Of a stretch of 64,000 nt of DNA, positions 47,642 through 57,892 are shown one piece after another (position 1 is the first letter of the stretch; each line of letters starts with the position of its first letter). The notes under the pieces are model-generated. The model searched no databases and had not been told where the DNA came from. It saw only the letters and a list, made by a program, of their open reading frames with translations. This stretch comes from a bacterium (GTDB lineage Bacteria > SM23-31): NCBI GenBank assembly GCA_965249485.1, contig CBDFMG010000005.1, positions 97,337 to 161,336 of the forward strand. Direction: 5' to 3'. Made by a program: the position numbers and the translations under genes.

Positions 47642-47877
47642 AATTGATTACTCCAAATTGTTCCGAATCAAGAACTGATCCTGTAAATATATTCATAGAG
47701 GTGAAAAAAGGATCACAATAACAACGATCAATTTCAAATCCAAATCCTAAATAATCCAAATCCACCGAATCCGAATAGTCAAGAGTTGTGAGGTCATATG
47801 GCGAATCTACAAGTCTGATTCTGTCATTTTCTGATACACTGTTAGAAAACACATGAAATACCATTGGGCTTGTCGTA

Positions 47878-48465
47878 TCAGTCAAGCCACTGCGAGGTAT
47901 TCCGATAAACACGCGTCCCAGTGCCATCAAGATTCAATATATGTGAATCTGAATCAATTGAGTGGCTCGTGCTGGCTCCCATGTGTCTTATCTGATAAGA
48001 TGAACTGTCATATGCGTAGCCGTCTTCGGTAGTATAGTCAAACTCTGTGGTTAGCCTGTCAAGGTCAGGCAAACCGCCCTTGGATTCAAACTCATAGTCT
48101 GCGTAAAGGCTGGGAATGTCAATCTCTTTTGTCGCAGCACCGTCAAATACGTATGCAATTTTCCTGACATTGTTGTCAACATCCAAGTATGGCCGAAAAC
48201 CATCAACCTCAAATCCAGACGGCTTGTGTAATATGACATTACCGTTTACATCCAAGTCAATGATTCTTGATTGATCAGTAATTGCAGATGATATGCTTTC
48301 AAGGGCTTTTTCAGCCACATCCCCGTTCTCATCATTACTTACATGAACCTCCTCTACTGGAAACATGTTGCCAAGCTCAGTGACAATAAAGATGTCCTCT
48401 GCAAAGGCAGGGGATATCAGAATTACAGGCAACGCTAATGCTAGCAGGCCGTACAAAGTCCTCAT
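47878..48465 (-). CDS. Secreted hypothetical protein
   Basis: Signal peptide MRTLYGLLALALPVILISPAFA. Confidence 0.45.
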   Translation of the reverse strand: MRTLYGLLALALPVILISPAFAEDIFIVTELGNMFPVEEVHVSNDENGDVAEKALESISSAITDQSRIIDLDVNGNVILHKPSGFEVDGFRPYLDVDNNVRKIAYVFDGAATKEIDIPSLYADYEFESKGGLPDLDRLTTEFDYTTEDGYAYDSSSYQIRHMGASTSHSIDSDSHILNLDGTGTRVYRNTSQWLD

Positions 48466-49143
48466 ACAATCAAATCATCAACATGTATTAGCAACCAAAT
48501 ATTGCTGCACACGTGCAGGTTCATCATCCAGAATGCGAAGCACCATTCCGTATCTGTTGGAGTTTTTCTCATATACGATAGTGATTCTCTCCCTGCCAAA
48601 AACGGTACAGGACAGTACAGAATCAGCATTTAGCAACACTGTCTCCATTCCGGAAATCTCTACTTTGATGATGCCATTCTCATCAATGTCAAGCATCCCT
48701 TTTTTTCCATATAATGAAACCGAAAAAGATTCCATACCAGAGATTGACAGATATTATTTAACGCTGTGAGCGGGGGTTCTGTCAAGTTCTAGTCACCTGA
48801 AGTGTGGATCTTCTCCGTGTTAAGAGTCGTCACCTAATCTGAGATATCATTGCAAAACTATCATTTGAAATTAAGGTGCCTGGCACCCCCCTGTCCAAAG
48901 TGTTCAAACCATGCGACAAAAGGAAGACTAAACTTCCAGTGGTGTGTCAGGCATGTTTGTATTGTAATACGCATATAATACGGTTATGCTGCATCATCGT
49001 CAGAAATATCTCTTAATTTTGTAATACCACGGCGAGAAGGCCACCGTACTTGTACGGCGGCAGTTCACTACATCTTCCTCAGACATGTTTTTCTCATTCA
49101 TAATCCGTGCGACATGCCCTGATACCTGTAAGATTCAACCGTC

Positions 49144-49353
49144 TCAATTTCTTCTTTCTTGTCTGGGTTTTTTTAATTTCATCGGCTCTCTATCTTTCGC
49201 TAATTCATTGTAAATATCCACTCTTCGAGGCCTGTTCCAGTATGCAGATTTGCATTTAGGACACAAGGCTGGTTCTTCTCTTATTTTTAATCTTGGTACC
49301 CAAGCATGACCGCATCTGTCACATTGAAAAGCTGGTAATGTTGTTTTTCCCAC
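49144..49353 (-). CDS. Small zinc-ribbon protein
   Basis: CDRCGHAW...CPKCKSAYW, two CxxC pairs, 69 aa. Confidence 0.4.
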   Translation of the reverse strand: MGKTTLPAFQCDRCGHAWVPRLKIREEPALCPKCKSAYWNRPRRVDIYNELAKDREPMKLKKPRQERRN

Positions 49354-49554
49354 GTCTTGTAATTACTTTACACTGTAATAAGTGTTGGTTTACTTAATAG
49401 AGTAACCTTTAACTATTACATTGCCCATATTACTATCATGCAAACTGACAAGATTCGGGCAATGAGAAAATATATGGTGACGTTTTGCACTGAAGATGTC
49501 GACTGCCGTCTGACTGAGACGTTAAACCAGACCACCACAGGAGGCTGGTAACCC

Positions 49555-50232
49555 ATGTTTGGGAGGAAGAAAAAAAACGTGGGCTTGCCACCAATTCCAG
49601 ACGAACTAAACTATTACAAACAACCCCCAAAAAGATCGTACGAGCTACGGCCAATCACGGTTGTTGATACGAGTTCCTTGTTTTCATGCTTTAACAGCAG
49701 TGAAAAGCAGTCAGACCAGATAGCAGAACACATGGAACTTTTGCATCCTGATGAGGTACACATTCCTGATGTGGTGGTGGAAGAGTTTGACAGCATTTAC
49801 AAAAATGGCGACAGAAGGTTTGCAGCAGACGGGCAAAGGCGCAGCCTGTTTGCAAAGTTTGTAGAAGAGCCCCCAAAGCTCAACGGAGGAGTGCCACGAG
49901 ATCTTGCAGAGCTGGAAGGCAAGGTAGAGGCAATGTACAATGAAATTTACCGTACACAGCTTCCACGTGTCGAGGGATGGGCAAACAGAAAGCAAAAAAA
50001 GCCAGCAGATATTATGGATTTGCAGATAAACAAAAACGACTGGCGAATACTTGCAGAGGCATCATACATTGCAGGCAAGCACAAGAATGGCGTAAAGATC
50101 ATGACCCTTGATATTGACTTTGTACTTTTTGCACCCGAAATATACGAGGTACTTGATGTCAGGATTGAAGACTGTAATATGTTCGGACAGATGAATCCGA
50201 CGACAGCATCACTTGAAGGAAAGCACCACTAG
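49555..50232 (+). CDS. Hypothetical protein, possibly PIN-like
   Basis: RPITVVDTSSL near the N-terminus and acidic residues later. The assignment is weak. Confidence 0.3.
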   Translation: MFGRKKKNVGLPPIPDELNYYKQPPKRSYELRPITVVDTSSLFSCFNSSEKQSDQIAEHMELLHPDEVHIPDVVVEEFDSIYKNGDRRFAADGQRRSLFAKFVEEPPKLNGGVPRDLAELEGKVEAMYNEIYRTQLPRVEGWANRKQKKPADIMDLQINKNDWRILAEASYIAGKHKNGVKIMTLDIDFVLFAPEIYEVLDVRIEDCNMFGQMNPTTASLEGKHH

Positions 50233-50381
50233 ACTAATAGAGTGAATATTTTAATTTCCATGAATCAGGAAGCCAACGACTTTATCATTTTTTATAATCA
50301 CACGGCGAGAAGGCCACCGTACTTGTACGGTGGTGGTTCACTGTATCGTTTTTTTAAATTTAAAGTCATGATAAAATGGTT

Positions 50382-50813
50382 TTAGGTGTGATTTTGATAG
50401 AATTTCCCACTCAATATTTGACTTACCATGAAACCTAAAAATCTACGGTATTTGATTTTGAATCCCTTTGCATGTCCTTTCGTTTTGTGGTGCGCCAGTT
50501 CATGACACATCAACTCGACTAATGCGAAATTACCGTACAGCATAGCTCTCTTTGACTGATTGTTGATTTTTGTTCCGAGGCATTTTTTTTCTGCCAATAC
50601 TTTTTGTCGTACTATCACTCTATGTGGTTTTGAATGCGTATAATGTGCATACCAACCACCAATAGATTTTCTTTTTATTTTTCTGCTATTCTGTTTTGAA
50701 AATGGAATTATCGTATCGTCTTTAATCTTCATGACTTCGTTTGGAAAATTTTCTTTTAGAACATTTGCAGTCTTAAAACAAATTTCCAATCCATCAGTTA
50801 TTTTCTGTTTCAC
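50382..50813 (-). CDS. DUF45/YgjP-like metal-dependent hydrolase
   Basis: HELAHH (HExxH) in the context ...NFALVELMCHELAHHKTKGHAKGF. Confidence 0.45.
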   Translation of the reverse strand: MKQKITDGLEICFKTANVLKENFPNEVMKIKDDTIIPFSKQNSRKIKRKSIGGWYAHYTHSKPHRVIVRQKVLAEKKCLGTKINNQSKRAMLYGNFALVELMCHELAHHKTKGHAKGFKIKYRRFLGFMVSQILSGKFYQNHT

Positions 50814-51155
50814 AATTCCATTACGTCATTAATTCATAAAAAGTTTTGAAAAAGTCATCTTGTTTTTGCATTACATGTTGATTGAAAACCCCACGTTTTT
50901 TTTTAAAATACAGTGTCGCAAAAAATTCTTCAAAATTAAAATTCAAAATTTGTTCGTAAAAAATATGCTAAAGATTCTTTTCAACATTAAAGAAATTCTA
51001 GATGCAGAAAGCACAGTTTTCGTTTTGGGAATAGATATGAAAAAAATTGAACGCGCATGGGATATTAGACACAAAGGATGCGTACCAGCTGTTTTAGAAG
51101 GAAGGGATCACACCGATAAATTGTTTCAACTTAAAATTCAACTGCCAAAAAAAAG

Positions 51156-51731
51156 TTGAAACAATTATCAGAATTTTTAGATTCACATGTAAAATTACGT
51201 ACCAGACAACAGAAATTAGCAGCAGGCGGAACTAGGAACAATCCTAGGAAGATCAAACACACTCTAAACACAATATATTTTGCTCCTAAAAACATATCCT
51301 CTGAAGAGAGGTTTAATGATGGAGTTTTTGATCATATAGTTGCTTCCTCTGTTTTGTATACTTGCTACAAAGACATTATGGAGATAGTTAAAGAAAATCC
51401 ATATAGCCTATATGATGCAGTTTTTGCATGTCATACTGCGCAATTTTTTGGTAAATTTCAAGTTGGGTATCCTGACGTTAAAGAGAATTTTCAACATGGC
51501 GGGTATGGCAAGGATATGAACATATGGAATACCATGCTAACTAAAGATGCTATGACATCTCACTGTCTACAGATTCTTGAAATTGTGTATAATGACCGTC
51601 ATGCTTTTGATTTTCTAAATTTGTTTGCTGAATACTGGGAGTTGACAGAAAATTATCGTAAACCAGACGATTATAATATGTACGTGGAAATGTTGCGTGG
51701 AGTTTTATCACGAATGCCATTTTTGAATTAA
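51156..51731 (+). CDS. Hypothetical protein
   Basis: 191-aa ORF with no motif. The upstream ORF 50860-51159 overlaps it by 4 nt. Confidence 0.35.
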   Translation: MKQLSEFLDSHVKLRTRQQKLAAGGTRNNPRKIKHTLNTIYFAPKNISSEERFNDGVFDHIVASSVLYTCYKDIMEIVKENPYSLYDAVFACHTAQFFGKFQVGYPDVKENFQHGGYGKDMNIWNTMLTKDAMTSHCLQILEIVYNDRHAFDFLNLFAEYWELTENYRKPDDYNMYVEMLRGVLSRMPFLN

Positions 51732-51820
51732 ATCACGAAAATAGATTCAAATCAATGCCTATGCATTATGATGATGAAGTAATCTCAAAACAGATCATTT
51801 AGTGAATAATTGATTGAGCA

Positions 51821-51988
51821 GGTTCTGGTAAATTCTGATGATCAGATCACCAGAAGTTAGCAGCAGGGTTTACAGCACCGCCCTTTGAGTTTGTTCTCAT
51901 ATGAAATTCTCACAAAGTTGCAAAATCTCAACTCAGAGAAGATCCTAAAACTATGTCTGGGGTGTTGATCACCAAAATCTACCAAAGC
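51821..51988. mobile_element. MITE of ~168 bp, copy A
   Basis: Near-identical to 55599-55766 and inverted at 62216-62362. Its ends are GGTTCTGGTAAATTCTGATGATCAGATCACC / GGTGTTGATCACCAAAATCTACCAAAGCC. No ORF. Confidence 0.7.
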
Positions 51989-52129
51989 CACCCTCTGTTG
52001 CAATTAAAAAACCTGCAGGTCTTCTTCCTTCAAGTTTATTGAATATTCTTTTTTCCCTATCATACTGCCAATAATGAATTGGAGCCTCGTATGGTTTATT
52101 GATGATAAGTGTTGGAATTGTAGACATCA

Positions 52130-54745
52130 TTAAATCTTAATTATTTTAAGTGATTCAATTCCACGAATGTCAATTATTTTAACAGCTACTTGTTTACTTG
52201 AACCTACTGAAAATGGCAATGATTTTGTTCCGCTATAATATTTAATTAACTCTTCATCAATTTCTGATTTCAAAGTCTTTGTCAATTTTGTCCAATTATC
52301 AATTGATCCAGAAGAATCAGGAAAGAATACTTGTTGTGGATAAAGACTTCTTTCATCATAGTCGGTGTCAAGCATCCACATTGCTATCTTAGATGTATCT
52401 CCGGATTCTATTTCACCAGTTTTTGTATTATAGTAATCAAATCCTTTAACTTCAACTATGTATTTTTCATCTTTTTGTTTTTTTAATTCTACATCTGGTT
52501 GTCCCATAAGCCAAAATGATTCATTACTTGCTCTTTTTTTCTTAAGATCTGAGGTAAGTAAATCTGCATTAACTTGAACCTTTAACACTTGAACACCAGG
52601 CCATTGCAGCTCATCAATATCTTTTGCAGCCTCTGGATCAAATTGTAATGAAGCAAAAATAATTAGTTTTGGTGTTGGAACTAACTTTTGTGCTTCTGAT
52701 ATGGCTAATGTAACTTGTTTTTGTTCTAAAAGAGAGTATTCTGTCCCAAAAGAAATTGCAGTTAGTTTTGGTTTAACTTCTTTTGTTTCACCAATCGCAT
52801 GAATCCATCGAGATGCTGGATGTGATTCTACTCTAGAAAATTCTATTTTTTGATTACCTTTTCCTCTAACACCTGTAATCAGTAGTTCATCTCTCCAATC
52901 TTGTTGGGTTTTATTTTCTGGAGTACGAGCAATTGAAGTATCAATCTCTGAACTTTCATTATATGATGCATCAAGTGATTTTACAATAGGTGAAGGAACT
53001 GCTTCTACAGTAAATGGACCAGAAATTCTAATCTTAGTTTTATCAATTAAAGGCTGATCCATAAGAATCTCTGTTTGTGGGATTTCATTATTTGCAATTG
53101 AGCTAGTTGTAATATGTGGAACCTCTTTACATTCAAAACCGCTTGTAATTCCTTCTTCTGGATGTTTTAATTTGTAATAATCAAACCTTGAAGTCATTAA
53201 TCTTTGTCTTGCCAGTGTAGTAGCAATTCTTGATGTATCACATGTTATCCATCTTCTTCCCCATTGTTCCGAAACATATGCTGCTGTTCCTGAACCACAT
53301 GTAGGATCAAATACAATATCTCCAGGATCAGTTGCTAAAAGAATACAATTTTGAATTATTTTTGGGTTAGTTTCAACAACATATCTGGCCCCTGTCACTC
53401 CTCCAAATCCTATCCATAAATTATCAATTTCAGTTACTGGATAATCAGAAAAATATCTTTTAAATCTAAGAGTGGAACCACTATCTAATATTCTATTTTT
53501 TTTAATACAATTTTCAAGACCTTCTTTAGGTGTACCCCACCATCGATTACCAGAATTAAATTTTTTTCCTTCGAACTCAATTTCAAATTTACTACCTGGT
53601 CCACCTTTCAATAAATCTGCTGAAGTAAATAATTTTGAATCTTTTGGAATCAAAGACAAATCTTTCTTTTCTTGACCGGTTAATTTTCGATAAGAACCAT
53701 CAATTAATTCAATACAGTCAAATCCAGCCCTGATAGGTTCCTTTTCTTCAAATAATGAATTAAATTTTAATTTTTTAATATCTTTTGCAAACCATAAAAT
53801 ATAATCCAATTTTGTTGAAAGTTTGTTTGTTGGTTGCAGACCTTTTGATGTTTTACTAAAAACAATCATATTCACAAAATTTTTTGAGAAAAATATTTCT
53901 TCCATTAATTCCCTGACATAATGTAAATTATCATCAGAAATTTGTACAAAACAACTTCCGCTTTCTTTTAGAAGTTTTTTGGCTAACAATAATCTACTTC
54001 GTAAATAACTCAAATAGGAATGAATTTCAAACTCCCATGTATCTCTAAATGCCTTTATCATTCCAGGCTCTTCTGTCAGATCTTCATCTTTATCCTGTCC
54101 AGCAGTAGTTTTTTTGTTCACAAAAGGTTGAAAGTTTGAACGGTATTTGACACCATAAGGAGGATCAATGTAGATCATTTGCACTTCACCTTCCATATCT
54201 CTCTCTTTTTCCAAAAGAGAATTCATAACAAGAAGAGAGTCACCTGTAATAAGTCGATTAGACCATCCTTGATCGTGTTTATAAAATTCAATTGCTTCTC
54301 TTAATGGAAGGTTATTTTCAGATTGTTCAAAGAAGGGGAATAATGTTTGTTGTTGAACACCTTGGTCTTTCAAAACTTTACTAATGATTGTCATAGGATC
54401 AATTCTTTCATGCCTATGAAGTGATACTGTATCAACTTCAAAATCAGAATTTTCAGATTTACCGTACCATTCAAGACTAGGATCAAGATGAGGATCACAT
54501 GAGTATTTTTTTGGAGGCATGTCTTTATCAGATTCTGGAGTCACTAGACCTACTGGTGGATTGTTTGCTCTTTTTTGTTTTTCGTGAATATATTGTTTAA
54601 TTGCAATTTTTTTCTTTTTAGATTCTCTAATTGGAGCAAGTTTTGATTTTTTTCTAGATTTTTTTGTAATTTTCTTTTTGGTTTTTGTTGTGGAATCTGC
54701 ATCTTTTAATCCCAAACTCGATAATAGTTTCTTTGATTTAGCCAC
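52130..54745 (-). CDS. DNA methyltransferase, beta-class (N6-adenine or N4-cytosine), Type III Mod-like, with Lys-rich N-terminus and long C-terminal extension
   Basis: Motif IV IYIDPPYG lies about 270 aa before motif I FDPTCGSGTAAY. That order defines the beta class. 871 aa. No adjacent restriction subunit is recognisable. Confidence 0.6.
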   Translation of the reverse strand: MAKSKKLLSSLGLKDADSTTKTKKKITKKSRKKSKLAPIRESKKKKIAIKQYIHEKQKRANNPPVGLVTPESDKDMPPKKYSCDPHLDPSLEWYGKSENSDFEVDTVSLHRHERIDPMTIISKVLKDQGVQQQTLFPFFEQSENNLPLREAIEFYKHDQGWSNRLITGDSLLVMNSLLEKERDMEGEVQMIYIDPPYGVKYRSNFQPFVNKKTTAGQDKDEDLTEEPGMIKAFRDTWEFEIHSYLSYLRSRLLLAKKLLKESGSCFVQISDDNLHYVRELMEEIFFSKNFVNMIVFSKTSKGLQPTNKLSTKLDYILWFAKDIKKLKFNSLFEEKEPIRAGFDCIELIDGSYRKLTGQEKKDLSLIPKDSKLFTSADLLKGGPGSKFEIEFEGKKFNSGNRWWGTPKEGLENCIKKNRILDSGSTLRFKRYFSDYPVTEIDNLWIGFGGVTGARYVVETNPKIIQNCILLATDPGDIVFDPTCGSGTAAYVSEQWGRRWITCDTSRIATTLARQRLMTSRFDYYKLKHPEEGITSGFECKEVPHITTSSIANNEIPQTEILMDQPLIDKTKIRISGPFTVEAVPSPIVKSLDASYNESSEIDTSIARTPENKTQQDWRDELLITGVRGKGNQKIEFSRVESHPASRWIHAIGETKEVKPKLTAISFGTEYSLLEQKQVTLAISEAQKLVPTPKLIIFASLQFDPEAAKDIDELQWPGVQVLKVQVNADLLTSDLKKKRASNESFWLMGQPDVELKKQKDEKYIVEVKGFDYYNTKTGEIESGDTSKIAMWMLDTDYDERSLYPQQVFFPDSSGSIDNWTKLTKTLKSEIDEELIKYYSGTKSLPFSVGSSKQVAVKIIDIRGIESLKIIKI

Positions 54746-54800
54746 AGATCTGAGATCAAATATTGACTTTTAACTAGATTGTTTTTTCTCATCTTCATAA

Positions 54801-55538
54801 TTAGAGATTTGGAACCTCAATCTTGTTTGTTCTCAAATAAGATAATAGATCATTGAACTTTTCTTCCAACTGGGAATTCTTTTCAGAAATCTTCTTGATG
54901 TTCTTCTCTACAGTTTCAAAATCAGAAATTGTAAGATGTGGTTCAACTGCCAAGTACATCTCTCTTTTCTTTTCATCGTTCAACTGATAGTAAGTATTCA
55001 TGTAGAACTGATGGCCAATCAGTGCTTCTGCAAAATCCCTGCCTGAGACATTGCCTACTGTAGTCCTGAAGAATTTTCTTAACGCATGAAAGTGGATTAC
55101 TTTGATTCCGTTAGGATTGGTCCTGTTCAGATCAGGAATCTTTTCGATATAGTATTTCAGTTGCTTCATCAGCAAGGCTTCTGCTGACAGATGGGTAGGC
55201 TGTTTCTGATGTCTGTCTGGATTGCGTTTGCCAAGTGGATCCTGGCCAAATATTACCACATCATCAAGGTGAGAATTGTCTTGCTTTTCATTCCACTGTA
55301 ATAACATGGAAAGATAATCTTTGAGTGCTTTTGTTGCCTCTGCTGTAATGAATGTCTCTCTTGCCTGCCTTGTCTTTGTGATTTGTGCTGGAAGCCTGAT
55401 TGTAGTAGGAGTTGTTGTAAAGTCAATGTCTGATAATTGTAACTGGACGAATTCTCCTATTCTCATTCCGCTTGATGATAACACAAGTACTACAGTCTGG
55501 ACTCTTTGTGGCACGTTTCTCAGCACTCTGAGAATCAT
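54801..55538 (-). pseudogene. Tyrosine recombinase (phage-integrase family) catalytic domain; the N-terminal core-binding domain is missing, interrupted by a MITE
   Basis: ...MRIGEFVQLQLSDIDF (box I R) ... HALRKFFRTTV...LIGHQ...NTYY (HxxR and Tyr). The open frame continues upstream into MITE 55599-55766 with no start codon. Confidence 0.5.
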
Positions 55539-55598
55539 TTCCTTGGTTAGTGCGACTTCAGGTTCACGAATGTTCTTTGGTATTTTGATAATATGCTT

Positions 55599-55766
55599 GG
55601 TTCTGGTAAATTTTGGTGATCAGATCACCAGAAGTTAGCAGCAGGGTTTACAGCACCGCCCTTTGAGTTTGTTTTCATATGAAATTCTCACAAAGTTGCA
55701 AAATCTCAACTCAGAGAAGATCCTAAAACTATGTCTGGGGTGTTGATCACCAAAATCTACCAAAGC
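55599..55766. mobile_element. MITE of ~168 bp, copy B
   Basis: See 51821-51988. Inserted between the integrase remnant and the eno fragment. Confidence 0.7.
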
Positions 55767-55770
55767 CTTC

Positions 55771-55909
55771 ACAAATATCCCACATAGGAATTGCAACAAA
55801 GTCAAAAATGCTCAAAGTTGGTATAGTTGGAGGAGAAAGAATAGCAAAACTAAATGAACTATTACGCCTGTCAGAGCATGATTTAATACGCGGTATGGCA
55901 GAGATTTAA
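55771..55909 (+). pseudogene. eno: Enolase 3'-terminal fragment
   Basis: Reads ...KVGIVGGERIAKLNELLRLSEHDLIRGMAEI*, the conserved enolase C-terminal tail. It starts abruptly at the MITE boundary. Confidence 0.4.
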
Positions 55910-55916
55910 AATTGTT

Positions 55917-56540
55917 ATGAGTCGACAAGCAGAAGCAACAGACATCAAAAAGAAGATCCTGGCTACTGGGATTAGAGTAGGAACACAAGTAAAGACAAAA
56001 TTCATGAAACCATTCATTACAAAAGCCAGTCCTGAAGGACTTTACATGCTTGATCTAGACATAACATTAGAGAAAATCAAAACCGCAGCCAAATTTATCA
56101 ACAGATTAGGAACAGACAAACTCATCGTATGTTCAGGTAGACAATATGCAGAAACACCAATTGAAAAATTCTGCGAAATGTTAGACTCTAAGAAACTTGT
56201 TGGAAGATTCATGCCAGGAACTTTGACAAATCCTTCATTACCATATTACATCGAACCAAAATTAGTCTTAATTTCAGATCCACAAGTTGATGAGCAAGCA
56301 ATTACAGAGGCAACAAATGCAGGAATTCCGGTCATAGGAATTGCAAATACAGATAATATTACATCAAAACTAGATGTGATTATTCCAGCAAATAATAGAG
56401 GAAGAAAAGCTCTAGCAACAGTTTATTGGTTATTGGTACGTCAAATTCTCATTGAAAGAGGAGAACTAAAAGAAGATGAACCAATGAAATATGAAATCGA
56501 TGATTTTGAAACAAAGATTACAGAAGAGGAAATCGAATAA
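55917..56540 (+). CDS. rps2: 30S ribosomal protein S2 (uS2)
   Basis: 207 aa with archaeal S2 sequence (...MKPFI...LYMLDLDITLEKI...GIPVIGIANTDN...). Lies in the conserved eno-rps2-mvk position. Confidence 0.7.
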   Translation: MSRQAEATDIKKKILATGIRVGTQVKTKFMKPFITKASPEGLYMLDLDITLEKIKTAAKFINRLGTDKLIVCSGRQYAETPIEKFCEMLDSKKLVGRFMPGTLTNPSLPYYIEPKLVLISDPQVDEQAITEATNAGIPVIGIANTDNITSKLDVIIPANNRGRKALATVYWLLVRQILIERGELKEDEPMKYEIDDFETKITEEEIE

Positions 56541-56566
56541 ATCAATAAAAATTTTAAAGTGTTTAC

Positions 56567-56827
56567 TTGAAATCTAAAGCTTCTGCACCAGGAAAAGTTA
56601 TTCTTTTTGGAGAACATTTTGTAGTATATGGAGTAAAAGCAATTCTTTGCACAATCAACAAGAGAGTTTCCGCCAACTTTCCAGTGTATCAAAGCTATAC
56701 AATTTCGGCGGGGCTCTGTAATAGAGTTTTAGAAATCCCAATCATTATTTTTTCTTTTTTTGTCAATGTAATGACACCCAACTCTTTTATCAGAAATGGT
56801 ATAACCATCAAAGTAGAAATTGGCTAA
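56567..56827 (+). pseudogene. mvk: Mevalonate kinase 5' fragment
   Basis: The N-terminus SAPGKVILFGEHFVVYG is the mevalonate-kinase signature. Homology ends after about 40 aa. An IS-end-like motif follows at ~56905. Confidence 0.5.
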
Positions 56828-57892
56828 AAGACATCAGCCACCAATTAATTACAGGCCAAAGGAGGTTCCCATAAAGCAGATCAAAATATGGAAGGATGCT
56901 CAGGCGGTTCTGGTAAATCTTCTGGCGTTTTCACATTTTTTGTTCGTAAAAAATATGCTAAAGATTCTTTTCTTCTGCATCAGTGAATATCTGCTCTGCA
57001 TAGAGTGATAATGATTGCAGTGTGTCGTGCGACAGTATGATCAGCAGATAGTTTGTGATGTGGTCTTTCAGGCGATTTTCTTTTCGCACTCCTTGTGTGA
57101 GGGCGACAACAAACGCAATTGCGTTTTTGTGGATGTTTTCTGCGTATGTCCTGATGTCTGCGTTTTCCCTCTCGCACATGTCTGCAATCTGATTCTCCAG
57201 TGACTCTATGATGTCAAGTTTTGCTTTATTAAATTTTTTGTAAATTTCATCTCTTGGCTTTTCTTCTAGATTCTCAGAAATTTCTGAGAAGAGTTTCAGT
57301 GTCTTGCTTAACAGTGCGTTCATCTCTTCTGTGAATACCTGGTCACGGATTATGCTGTGATGCATGATTATTGATTTGTTTTTTGATACTTGAATGTTTT
57401 ATGATTGGTTTTCCATGATAACAGAATATTTTGTCATTTGGATCCTTTCTTCCCTGAGTCATAGTTATTCCTAATTTTTCAAGATAATCATCATCCAACT
57501 TTAGAGCCTCTTTAATTTCATAATATCATGACTTGTCAGATTAATGTGGTTTGTGTTAATTTTAGGCTCAAGTCTAAAAAATCTGATTTTGTATTGCCTG
57601 GAGGAAACAAACTTGCAAAAATGATTCAAAATGATGGTTTTTTGGTGGTTGGAGTAAAATCAACCGATCTGATACACCGAGAAAAATCCACCAAAGATGA
57701 ACCACTATGTCCCAGTGGATATCGTGTTAGGTGACATGGAATATTTAGAGGAACTTGTAAAGGAAAAGAAAATTGTAGCCAGGAAAGTTAGTCGATGGGA
57801 CGTTTACAGAATTAAGAGAAAATAATCAAAATTTAACAAAATATTGACAGTTAAGGATCAGTTTTTATTATTTTTGTATCCCAGAACAAGAA

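Noticed and set aside
918-50342. CRISPR array formed by the 50-bp hairpin repeats
   Set aside because: Copies are kilobases apart, in both orientations, with no regular spacers. No cas genes are present, so they are dispersed REP/MITE-like elements.
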